Assembly: GCA_030141605.1 (NCBI GenBank) | Contig: JAQGDQ010000074.1 | Location: 372,001 to 436,000, forward strand | Reading direction: 5' to 3' | DNA: 64,000 nt | DNA from: Tubiluchus corallicola | Taxonomy: Eukaryota > Animalia > Priapulida | Program-made: the position numbers and the translations under genes | In this document: in pieces, positions 1-23,933 of the stretch | Layout of the letters: each line of letters opens with the position of its first letter | How positions within the stretch are numbered: position 1 is the stretch's first letter | The notes under the pieces: model-generated | Databases searched by the model: none | What the model saw: only the letters and a program-made list of their open reading frames with translations | Told to the model about the DNA's origin: nothing

Positions 1-306
1 CGCGGATTCGATATCGTCCATGGCTGATCGTGAAAATATAGAATTTTTCAAGTTGGCCTATTTGACAATTTCTCGTGTTAGCTTCCAAGAGCCTTTAGAA
101 TGGAGATTGCGGAGATTACGGTTTGTAAGGCGATTAAAGAGATTAATTAAATAGATAGATTAGTATCGAAAGCTTGTTTGAGGCGATGACCGGCTAAATT
201 ACAAGTATTAATATACTGTCAAAGACCCATTCACTATTCACGCTATATTTTATAACATATGCCATGTGATAGAGAAGTTCATATAAATGTTATTTATTGA
301 AATTGG

Positions 307-381
307 ATTTCAATTAAAAAGGTTAACCAAAAAAATAAGAAATGCAATTTCAATTAAAAAAGTTAACCAAAAAAATAAGAA
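307..381. repeat. Tandem duplication, 40-bp period
   Basis: atttcaattaaaaa(g/a)gttaaccaaaaaaataagaa at 307 and 347. Confidence 0.8.
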
Positions 382-1851
382 GAAACTGCCTTGGCACATT
401 ACAAAGCGATTAGTTTGCTGTGTTGACAAAGCATGGGCTTGATCACGCACTATACCAGGTACCTGTTAACAGTTCCTACGCAAATATACAGAAAATAGCT
501 CGGTATTTTTTCTTCAGTTGTTTTCTAATCAAATTAAATTTGGAAAATTTGTCTGCCAATTGATAGTTAATTTCCCTATCAAGAAGTCTATTAAAAAAAA
601 TAATTTTTTAAAGTTATATTAATTTTTTGTAAAAATAATTACTTATGGCTGTTCTACCTATAACCAGAGAATGTAATTTAAAACGTAATTGTCCAGTTTT
701 ATACGGTTGTGCAGTTAAATGTACTGTTTCTTTTTTTCAGTTTCTACGAATAACGCATATTAGAGTTGATATAGAAACAGAAAATACTGTCCGATGGAGT
801 TTTGAAAAAGAAGAACACACCTAGAAGTTGATAGTTTGCTTTTTATAAATTTACACTTGCTATAATTAGATAAGATACTTGTTCACGCAATGTTCTTTAA
901 GTTACACAGAACTATTGAACTTATATACCAAAAGTAACTTTTTTATAAATGTTTTTTTATTAAATTTATAATGTTGATGATTTAGTTAAGCGTAAATCTA
1001 CACATAAGTCAGATTCACTCATGCACATAATACGTATACACTAAATGTGAAGCTTTTGAGATTATAGGTGTTTATTAAATAAGCAGTACTATTATATATG
1101 AACTATGTTGCTGCCAGTCTAGTCTAGTTGCAATTTTGTACAACTGCGTAAGTTTATCACTGCTCATTTAACTATAGAATTCTATGACATTTGTATCTCG
1201 CAAGTTTGTGTATCCAGGTTGCGCTAAGATTTTTATTATTTGGATGCAAGATTGTATATGTAGATTGAGCTATATTGTCGCTAACTTATAAAGGCTATTT
1301 TATAAGTGTGAAAGTAGAATAAATATCAGAATTTGGGAATCAATTCAAACATATCTTTGCACATAGTATATATACATAAAACAAAGTTACCTAATTTTAA
1401 TGAGATAAGTGTGTGAATTGTATTTTCTTACCTAATTACTTTAAATACTATGCGCACTATACAGGTATAGCAAACAGTGCAGTGCACTTATGTATAGGCT
1501 GAGCCCAATGCTCTGTCTAGGCAACTTTATAACGGCATGTATGACAACATGAGAAAAACAAACAGATGCTTCATACAGATGTTAGCACGACTTTACAACG
1601 CTGTCCAGACTGGCAGCCAGACGCTCAGGGCTGAACATTCACTGCATTGCTCACGTGTTCTTTCCTTATGGAGCCGCATGGCATGCAGGTTGACTCATTA
1701 TGGCATCAACTAACCTTAATAACATCAGTACAATACTGAGAATAATGGCACAGCTGATACTGATAACTGTCAGAAAATAAGAAAACAATAATAATTGTAA
1801 ATGCCTTTAAGCGTACTTCATAGCTAGAACAAACTACCTAATATTTAATCG

Positions 1852-1857
1852 TTTATT
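1852..1857 (-). terminator. Candidate polyadenylation signal of gene A
   Basis: AATAAA on the minus strand about 150 nt past the stop codon. Confidence 0.4.
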
Positions 1858-2009
1858 CATCTTAAACCAGTAAGCAAAAGTATACATGCCAATAAAACGC
1901 CAACACAAATTTGTTCTTAGAGGGCCAATATACGTTCTTTTATACAATGAACAGAAGTAACCAGTATATTACATGACAGACATATAAAGTGTTAATGCAA
2001 CACATATAT

Positions 2010-2185
2010 TCAGCGGTCGTGACCAGATGCTTTAGTACTGTGAGACTCTGCATACTTGTCTGTGTTGTGGTAATCACCTTTACCCGCAAAGTAACCTTTG
2101 TCATCGTGGTATGCTTTGAAACCTTTATCATAATAATGCTGCTTTCCTCCTTTATCAACATGCGTGTTGTCAAACTTGTACTTGC
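2010..2185 (-). CDS. Gene A terminal coding exon (GKYKFDNTHVDKGG...ASGHDR*)
   Basis: tttcag|GC acceptor, phase 1; TGA at 2010-2012. 36/56 aa identical to exon 23764..23933. This frame is not in the ORF track. Confidence 0.9.
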
Positions 2186-2657
2186 CTGAAAGTAAATCAA
2201 GTAGATCATATTAAACACATTATACCTAATTCAATGAAAAAAGATTAAAAAAAGAAATAAAAATTTCGTGTTATGTAGCCCTTCTTCCTACCACTGCTTC
2301 GGTACTTTCGCAAGATGCTGCAGCATCACTCCATTAGCGGCCTGTGAATATCCGCAATATAGGCAAAATTCATGCAGACTTCATTCACAAGAAAATCCAT
2401 GAAGATGGGAAAGTGGCTCCCCTAATAAATATTTGCTGTCTGCGAAAAAACCACGAACTTTGTGCTATGTCCACTTTTTTGTCTAAACAACGCCAAACAG
2501 ACAGTATGTGTAATATCATTACAGTATTACGAAACCTTTGGCTTTCCTTTAATAACTACAATTTTTCTGTCATTTAGCCTGATTATTGTTGGTGTCGTTT
2601 GCCGTCGTCCTTATTGTAATGCCGTTATGATCAACATTGTCATTGTCGTCGTCGTCG

Positions 2658-2697
<40 letters not shown>

Positions 2698-5600
2698 TAT
2701 GCTGCTTCATCTAACCATCTTTCTAATAGGTCTGTTCTTTTATTGATATCACATATCATAGTTCACTAATGGCCTATTGCAGAGTTCTCAAAGCGCATTC
2801 TCATCTGTTGTATTGGCATCCATAAATGTGACGGCATTATAATTGTTCACAATGTTTAAGGTTATAATTCATAATAGCTTCTAATTTTCATTTACAATTC
2901 AGGTAATTACTTTAGTTGAACACGATGTAATAGGCGAAAATTTCCCCTGCTATTCAGCGCAAATGAACGTGGCTTTTTCCTTCACGTATTGCTAACATAT
3001 CCATTACAGCAAATTTATTCAATTGCCAGTCTCGTAAATTTCAAATCAATGTGCATTTTACATGTGTGCACTGTGCAAATAGACTGTTAGATGCACCACA
3101 ACAATGAAAAATTCACCAAGTCTTCTTTACACAAGCAAAACACGTTCAAATTCTACAGCAAATCAGCGCCTCTTGCTGTTTTACGCACAAAATGTTACCC
3201 ACTTCGACGACAGTGCAGCGCAAGTTTCTTTACGTATATAATTATGAATAGCACTAAAAACGCAAAAAATCCCTTTCTTGTCACGGATTAAAATGCTTTT
3301 CGAGCGGAGAATTTTCTCGTGTTGCTTTGATTATATAAACAGTGTAATATGAAAGTTAAAATGTTTTAGTAAAGTTAGTGCGGCTAAACAACTAAAACAC
3401 TCTCCGAGGTGTAGGAAAGGTAGGGACAAGTGCTAAGAATCCCCTGTTATATACATTATACACTAGGCACACCAAAATGCCATAATTGAGCAAACATGTA
3501 TGTGCGATTACGAAATTTATTTTTATATTACCTGCTCCTTTACTAAAATTGAAATCTCCTTTTCCTTTGTTTCGTCCCCCTTTCCCAGCCAAATATAGTT
3601 CCCCTTTTCCTCCATTATCAGCCTTTGCGCCTTCACTGTTGTACTTCAGCTTGTGGAAGTACTTTTGCCAGTCATTGTTTGACTGAAAATAGAAAAGTGA
3701 GTTGCATTTGTTCTTTGGTGATCTGCACATATGCTCAGTTTCAATCAACCAAAATGGCTGCAGATCAACTAAATTTGAAAAAAAAACATTTCTCAAACAT
3801 TTCTCTTTCTAAAATGAAACACTTGTACAACGGTGCGTGAGCAATCTTTGGAACAACACCCTCTGGCAATACTTAGAAAGCTAGAAAATGCCACAAGCAG
3901 TTTTCCTAGTAGTCACCAAATCATTTTACTGAACAAACTGAACAAACTCGGTATTGCCTAACTTTGACTGCTATGCCCGTATCGCATAGAGACTACACAA
4001 CTGTTTCCTCGCCTAAAAATGATGACGATTATAACTACTCTAAATTGACAAAACTCACCAAATGATCACTCCAATGTACACCCGGACCTCTGCCATAACT
4101 ATGCTCAGCATACCCGCCTCCATGATCTCCATACGCTTGGCTGCCATAACTCCCGTGTCCATCTGCATGCTGTCCATATCCTCCATGTCCACCATTGTCA
4201 TATTTATATCCACCTGTTCCATAGTCATCTCCGTAACTGCTGTAGCTGTCTCCATAGTTATCATAGCCACCTACATGCCCCCCTTTTCCATGACCGCTTC
4301 CATAACCACCATCACTGTATCCTGCTTTGCTGTAACCTCCTCCATGTCCACCATTTCCATAACCTCCATTGCCATGACCTCCTCCATATCCTCCATAGTC
4401 ATCTCCATATCCACCCCCATAGCCCCCATAACCATCTCCATGTCCATAACCACCATGATTGTGATCATCTTTATATTCACTGCCGCCATAGCCACCTCCA
4501 TAACTACCATGACCATCTCCATACCCACTTGCCCCATAGCTTTCTTTACCATGTCCTCCTCCATAACCACCATCGTCATATCCTTCTTTGCTATGACCCC
4601 CACCATAACCTCCATGGTCATCTCGGTGTCCATAACCACCATGACCATGATCACTTTTATAACCAGTACTACTTCCATACCCTCCTTTGCCATGACCTCC
4701 TCCATATCCACCATCATCAAAACCTCCTTTGCTGTAACCTCCTCCATGTTCACTATCTCCGTAACCTCCTTTACCATGACTTCCTCCATAACCGCCATAA
4801 TCGTCTCCATATCCACCAAAGTTGCCACCATAGCCACCTCCATAGCTACTATAACCACCTCCATATCCAGTTTCTCCATACCCTCCTCTTTTGCCATGCC
4901 CTCTTCCATACCCACCAACACCATAACCTCCTTCACTATGACCTCTTCCATAACCACCATGACCATGATCATTTTTATATCCACTGCCACCATAACTGCT
5001 CTTATAACTACTATGACCATCTCCATAGCTACCATAAATATCTCCATATCCACTTCCTTCATATCCTCCTTTGCCGTGCCCTCCTCCATATCCACCATCA
5101 CCGTATCCTGCTTTGCTGTAACCTCCTCCATGTCCACCATTTCCATAACCTCCATTGCCATGACCGCCTCCATATCCTCCATAGTCATCTCCATGTCCAC
5201 TCACATAGCTACCATAGCTATTTCCATGTCCTCCTCCATAATCACCATAACTATCTTCATACCCACTGCCACCATATCCACTTTTACCATAACTATCATC
5301 AACTACTCCAATAACTCCACGGATACTATGACGATGCACATGAGCAAGATCATAAATTCCATTGCCATTTCCATATCCATGGTAACCACCACCATATCCC
5401 TCTAGGCCACCTGTTTTTTTAAAGTAACTGCCATAACCAGATCTATGTAAAGAGCCACCATGACCATAAGTGTCATAACCGCCTGTCCCAAGGAAATGAC
5501 TACATGCAAGTAGCACATGGAGCTAAAATAGTGTAAAAACAATTATGTATTTGTTCACGTTTAAGTGTAGTGTTTCAAAAGTCTCTAACTACTTTAATTT

Positions 5601-7491
5601 TCAATTTCAAATGCAACTGATCGACCAATGACGTTTGCTTTGTTGCAAGCCCTTACTCCGTAATTGAGGTTTTTTGCTTTTGAAGTTGCGGCCTTTTTTT
5701 CTTCTGCTACCAACCTGACACTAAAGTCTGAAGTGTAAAATCGCCGTATGGCTATATAGCAAAAGGAGCAGAAAAACTGCTCGACCAGTGTGGTACATTG
5801 GTATAAAATCACTGCAGTAGAGTTATGCAGCCAAGCTTGATCCCACTAAAATTCTCATGAACGAGTAGACTCATCAACCAAATTGTCGTTTGGTTCCAGT
5901 TGTAATTGCCACTAATTTCTAGTAAATTTTTGAAAATAATGAGGTACTTTTGAAACACTCAATATTGCTAACGACAGCGACGCATTTTTCTGGTTACTCG
6001 GCTCATGTGTTCATATTACTAAGTTCATTGCCGTTTATTTCACATGAATAATTTATTACGAAATCATTATTGAAGTTCTAGTGGGGGGTGTGCAAAAGAG
6101 TAAGACCTAATTATTACAGAATTTAAAAAAAACTTGGAGTGCAATTTACGCTCCTGTGCGTTGTGAATCGAGGAAAAAATGTTTTCATTTTCTATCAAGT
6201 CATTTATTTAAAATTTATTTCGCTATAGTAATTCCAACTTCTCGTTAAAGGAGAAGAAACGGGAATTTTAAACTATATCCGTAAGAACTTTCGCCAAACA
6301 ATCTTATATTACTTAGCATTACGCTTATCTTTTTGGAAGACTTACGTAGGTGGAAAAATTCTAAATAATTTAAAATTTTCGCGCCACCTGGTAAAACGGC
6401 ACTGCATCCTAGTGTATACCACTGACTTACAAAAAACTCATTATTGATCTTATTGACAACAAAAAGTAATGTAAACTTTTGTTTAGTAAGCACTCAGTTG
6501 TCAACAAAATGACTTAGGCGGAATATTGTTAATATTATCGGTAAACAAGTAAATGGCATTGGTGTAAGCACTTTGTGAGACAACACGTAGCGACTACTAC
6601 ACAATACTTGAAATTCACAAAAGATTTTAACAGGTTTTTAGAACAACAATTGTTAAAGCGAGACAGAAACAGATCTCAGTTAAACCCATCGTTAATATTC
6701 GACTTACGAAAACAGACAGTTAGAGTCACTGATCAGAAAACCAAGATTAAGCAAATTAATTGCATGCACGAAGATTCTGCAAAATTGTTATTGGATGATG
6801 CATGTCTGTAAGATGCATATGTATGTAACTGTTCAAATTAAAAATTTAAACTAAATTAGTGAAATTCTGAAGAAGAGAAATTGTTAAAAAAAATGGTAGT
6901 GAAACGCGCGTGATTGCTTAAATTTGTTTTACGATTTAACTTAATAAAATATGTTCTGCATTTTTAATCAAATTAATATGTTGAATATTGTATGTCTGCA
7001 AATAGATGTTTAATAAAGACTTATAATAATAGTAATAACCAGTAAGCAAAGAGTGTGGTACGAATGCTCTGATTATTTATTCAAACTTTATGCAATGTTA
7101 TCTAAACTTGTTTGAAACGACTCACTATTAAAATGATTGTACTTAGCGATCATCGTAGGAGTTTAAATTCACAAATTTTATACAACATTACTGATTCCAT
7201 AAACCCTGTATGCAATAAGACCTCACATAAGTGGCATAAGAGTTCAAAAGGAATTTTTAAACTTTATTTATGAAGCGTTTTCTTTTGCTTAAAATTTGAG
7301 TACTAGATGTAGCGTTTTTATTACTTGATCACCTTAAGTTTAGATGTTTCTTATGATTATCTCGTGTAATTTTTGTCGTACGGCCTAAATGTCGAAATAA
7401 AAGGCATGTGTTCTAATCTAATCAAATCTGACTACTATACACTTACCAAGACAAGAAAGAACAAAAGAAACGAAGACAAGTACGTTTGCAT
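2010..7491 (-). CDS. Gene A: secreted Gly/Tyr/His-rich repetitive protein, 611 aa; join(complement 7447..7491, 4059..5522, 3532..3682, 2010..2185)
   Basis: All introns are GT-AG with matching phases (0,0,1). 45+1464+151+176=1836 nt, one open frame. Signal-peptide-like MQTYLSSFLLFFLVLLHVLLACS, then a GGY/GHG-rich region, then a C-terminal domain paralogous to gene C. Confidence 0.88.
2645..2698. repeat. (GTC)n/(TCA)n microsatellite
   Basis: Direct reading. Confidence 0.9.
3532..3682 (-). CDS. Gene A conserved-domain exon (SNNDWQKYFHKLKY...FSKGA)
   Basis: ttttcag|TCA acceptor, GCAG|gtaata donor. 151 nt, the same length as the paralogous exon 24527..24677; 33/50 aa identical. Confidence 0.9.
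4059..5522 (-). CDS. Gene A large Gly/Tyr/His-rich exon (488 codons)
   Basis: ORF 4035..5516(-). Acceptor tattttag|CTC at 5523, donor CATTTG|gtgagt at 4058. GGY, GHG and DDYGGY repeats. Confidence 0.92.
7447..7491 (-). CDS. Gene A first coding exon (MQTYLSSFLLFFLVL); exon starts at 7500
   Basis: Acceptor tgtttttccag at 7501-7511, ATG at 7491, donor TTG|gtaagt. It has 15 codons and phase 0, exactly like the matching exon of gene C. Confidence 0.8.
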
Positions 7492-7759
7492 TTTCTGAGT
7501 CTGGAAAAACAGCAAAAACACTAGTTTTATTTTTGCTCATTATTTTAATAACAATGGCACGCGTAAAGTTATTAAATATTTTTGCTTCTTTTAGGTAGAA
7601 CTGCGCTGTAAAATTCAGCTTAAATCCTGATTTTGTAAAAAAAGTCATGAAATAAAACAGATCTTTATTAGCTTGATCTTTTATGTCATTTACTTAAGCA
7701 AAATATAAATTAACTCAGATTGTTCTGTAAAGGTATTATTGTAACCTTATTTTAGTCTT

Positions 7760-7916
<157 letters not shown>

Positions 7917-7992
7917 AAGGGGAAAGAAAGAGAGAGAATTGAGTGAGTTCGTTAATTAAGCACTAGTTCAACGTTAAACTCTAGGAACTTAC

Positions 7993-8060
7993 CGAAAGAT
8001 TGAAACTTGTTGCACTTTCTACCACATTCTGATAAAACCACCAGACTAAACAGAATGTTA
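7993..8060 (-). other. Probable 5'UTR exon of gene A (5' end uncertain)
   Basis: Perfect donor TTCG|gtaagt at 7992. Gene C has an equivalent non-coding first exon about 0.4 kb upstream of its ATG exon. Confidence 0.5.
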
Positions 8061-8754
8061 ACTGTTGCAAGAAACCTGTTCCTGTGCATTCGCCATAATG
8101 TTTACATCAGAAGAAATCGAAAATTTGTTTACATTCGCACATGTTGACTCTTTGACACCGGTTACTTTTTGGCATCATAGTAAATGCTTGCGGGTGAGCT
8201 AATAGATAATTAGTTTGCATTTTAGTTATTTTATCAGTCATTTTAAATGCAGTTCGACTGTCAGAATTGTTTTCTCAACAAATTACATCAATTAAATTTG
8301 TCGGTATTAAAATCAGGAGGCAACGAAGGTGAAATGATGACTTGACCTGTCTATTTTGACCTGATAACTTATATTTCAGAGAGCATAAATAACTTATTTT
8401 GAGGCCGCAGAAATTATCGCGACTGCTCAGTATAAGAAGAATATTGCAGAGTACATGACGTTTGTTACACTTTATGTATAATATTTACACGCCTTTTCTT
8501 AATCGTTTTAGGTTTTTACAAATTAAATGTTTTCAAACTATAACGCAACACGCTAAAACACGTCATGTGTCTAAGTGCTAAAAACATGTGAGGGAGCCGA
8601 AAATCCACTTTTGCCGTTAAAAGGAATCCGTTTTCGAACTGTCTTGATTATTTAAAGTTGCGAAATATTTCTTTATCTGCCCATCTTTCTTGCGCTCCCA
8701 TACTTTTCCTTCTTCCTCTCTCCTCCCACCATTCGTTCATTCTATATCCTCTCA

Positions 8755-8758
<4 letters not shown>

Positions 8759-8849
<91 letters not shown>
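8759..8849. repeat. (CT)n microsatellite
   Basis: Direct reading. Confidence 0.97.
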
Positions 8850-8852
<3 letters not shown>

Positions 8853-10001
8853 TACATGTAACTATAGGCTAATGCATTTCCGCAAATCTACAATAAGTTT
8901 CGTAAAAACAAGTTTACGGTAATAAATCGAAACTCGAAGAAATATTTTTTCTACATTTAAACATTTTTTAAAAAATTTTCTCTATTTTTTTCATTACCTT
9001 TAAGTTATTATAAGTTATCGCTCTCTTGATAATCTCTGGCACAAGGATCATTCGCGGTGTACTATTCTCTAATTTTTGAATAGAATCAATGCATTTATCA
9101 AAAGAGTAGTACAGAACAATAGGCTATTTTGCACAAAGGCTGTAAAAAGCAAAGTTACGTGTACTAATCTTCTGAAGTACCAAAGTCTCTGAGATATTTT
9201 ACCTAGCAATTTGCCATTTCGTTATAGTTATCTGAACTTCACATTAAACAACAGTTACTGCCACCTGGAAAAAGAAGGCCAACTCACTACCTAGATTGAA
9301 TTGGTATGACATAGTAGGCTTGAAAAACCGAAATGAAAAAAATGCATTTATATCAATTTATTTGCTAATCACATGAGACTACGACGTAAGTATGGAAAAT
9401 GACAATCATTTTATCAATAATGAAAAGTGGAATCATTAAGTAGTTCTAGTTGGCGGGTACTTGCCTTCTAAGCCTCCCCAAGTATGTATGCATAAGTATG
9501 TTCTGCGCATGTATCCGCGCGGAAGCCAAAGTTTACACATGAAACCACAACGATCTTTAAGAAAAGCTGCACACTGAGCGTTTTCGATTTACAGTATTTA
9601 CTGTATTATATTTCTTTGTCCGATTGCAGAGACGGACACTGTGACATGCAATATTTCACTTTTGAAAGGAACAATCAGCAAGAGGCTTGTCATTGATTTA
9701 GCAAATGGACGTCCTGTTATTTTAATGTTGTGATTTGTTAGTAATGGCTGACTAAAAACCATGGATGCAAAGTGACAGCAAAATTGAAATTAATCGTTTT
9801 AAGTCTTATCTTTGTTGAATTGTACAAAGAAAAATAAAAGTGAAGTTGAAGAACAAACTTAGTTCGTTTTTTATCATTGATTGGCTGTAAATTGTTTATG
9901 TGATGCACAACACTACTTTTGTATTCCATAATTTCCAGGTCGACTTTTGTCAATAGAATGCTAACACTGCTTTCACATTTGTGAGAAATTGTCTACACTT
10001 T

Positions 10002-21734
<11,733 letters not shown>

Positions 21735-23763
21735 AAGAAACCCTGTGCGAATATTCGTCCAAGTGTTGTCAATAACGGTTTACGCTAGAACCCGTTATGC
21801 TATGAAAATGTAAGAACCCAGTTTAATCTAGAGTAGTAAAATCTAGAACAGTATAACTGATGAGACTGTTCGATCGATAATCATTGTGTGCTTTACATTT
21901 GTCGTTATTCAAACAGAAGCTGAATAAACAGGCTAGTGTGTCGTTACACAAAATAGTGATATATGATGTATCATTCACTTGATTTCAGGGGCGTAATTAC
22001 GTATTACGGCATTTTTATTTTTTGCGCTTGCGCAATCTTTAAGTCATACATTACTGCTGACAATGACTTTGTTTACCTTCTAGATCTAGAAGCACAAAAG
22101 TCAGAATTCGCGTAATGCTACGTGTAAGACACAAATTTAGCATTTTTGGATTTTTCGCGTGATGCTAACTTTTAGAACCTATACATTAGACTGTTTTGTA
22201 CGCCATCTTTGTGTGCTTCGTGCCGTACACCACAACATCCACACTTTCTGAAGAGTCTGCCACCTCAACATTTGTCAAAGGGAATGTTTTATTTGCTTTT
22301 GAAAATGTGAAAATATGATTGAACAACCATTTTCGTTTTTTTCATAAACATAAACATAGACATTTTATTTATCTCCTCATTTAGACCAAAATACAAATAG
22401 GCTATAATTGCTGTAATTATTAACTAATCAGGATAAATTATGCATAAAGGAAAGAGTTAGGGGGTGCAGGAGATAAGGTAGCGAAAGAGCAATTGGTCAT
22501 CAAGTCATCTACCCTTCTCAGGTTAGTGTAAATTGCGAATAAATTCACTTTGAGCACCTCCCTTAGCACTCAGCGTTGTATTCAAGCATTACCTCTTTCT
22601 TCAAAATAGGATTTCTTTCTAAATTTTCTATTTTTCAGTTTTTTAAATGTGTTCATTAATCAAGCGAGCTAACGATTATAAGCTAATCCGGAATGCGAAG
22701 TGTTGGGTTACTGCTTACTGAGCTTTACTGTGTCTCGATTAGCATCGGCTCCGAGATGTGAAGTACTACCATAACAAAGTATTCTTTTGCCAAATTTTTC
22801 ATTGCTAGCTGCTTTACAAGTCGATGCGCAGCCTTCTTTTCAAAACCAGCTCCTCTAAAAGCCAAACTACGGCCGCATGTGCACCTAGATATGTTTTGCT
22901 CGGACGTACTTGTAAAATGTACAGGCTTTAATAAGATGCTATGTTTCGAATGATACACAATCTTTTCAGTTCTTTTCAGCCATTTAACAATTTTTTGCAA
23001 ATACATGTAGTGCTTTATTGTGACGTCAGGAAATTAAAAAGCACCCCGCACCACACGACCCACATGATGCCACATCACAAGACACCACCCACTTCACTCC
23101 AGCAGCAAAAACACTTTGCACAATAAGCCAGTAACTCAAGAATTGGCTTAACTAGACCACAAGTGAATTACGATTTAATTCCATGTACGCATATCATTGT
23201 CGTTTAAACAATTTTATTATAGCTAATCCGCTTATAACGCACATAACCGCTTACCTAACACACAATGATGATCACCACAAAAACAAAATGACATGACGGT
23301 AGGCCTACAAAAATTACGAAACCATTCAAAAGTACCTCGATTTAACAAAAGCATTAGTTATTATTGAAGGAATGAAACGTGTCAAGTAAACTCTCATGTC
23401 TTACTTACTGGTATGGAGGATTTCTGACAGTGATTAGCATAATTATGTCTTTCGTTACTAAGAAGCCATTATTAGACTGTTAAGCATCTGAAGATGGAGA
23501 TATTTTAACACAGTTTTTGCCAGTGCTAAAATTCATTAGTCGTCATACTTGACGGAAACTGATATCATAAAAGATTAAAAAGCTTTATCAAGTGAACAAC
23601 AGAAGATGTCAGCTTCTTAATTATGCATGCAGCCTGTTATTTACAAGAAAATGCTTGATGTCTGTAACATCCGATCAATATCTGCGACAAATAATTAATT
23701 AAAAGTAGACAAAAACACAATTTTCAAAGAGGCGCAATACTAGTCTGTTTAAATTACGTTAAC

Positions 23764-23933
23764 TTAGTGCCCAGACATTTTCGCGTAATGAGAGTTGCCG
23801 TACTTGTCGTTATTGTGGTAGTTGCCGTATCCCTTGAAATCGCCCCAATCTTTGTGTTTAGATTTAAATCCATTATCTTTGTACATCTGTTTGCCTCCAT
23901 TGTCTTTGTAGGTATTGTCAAACTTGTATTTAC
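23764..23933 (-). CDS. Gene C terminal coding exon (GKYKFDNTYKDNGG...MSGH*)
   Basis: ttttcag|GT acceptor; TAA at 23764-23766. Confidence 0.9.

Noticed and set aside
4062-5405. Long overlapping ORFs (447 aa + strand, 309 aa - strand, 261 aa + strand His-rich)
   Set aside because: These are shadow frames of the GGA/GGT/TAT/CAT codon repeat. Only the Gly-rich frame has phase-compatible splice sites, a signal exon and a paralog.
2010-7491. Naming genes A/C as shematrin, suckerin, Nvjp-1 or a chiton radular matrix protein
   Set aside because: The similarity is compositional only; I cannot verify homology of the conserved domain from the sequence alone.
7993-8089. MHRNRFLATVNILFSLVVLSEC... as gene A's signal peptide
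   Set aside because: Its donor is phase 1 and out of frame with the 7500 and 5522 acceptors. Exon 7447-7491 matches gene C's 15-codon phase-0 exon exactly. At most this is an overlapping uORF.
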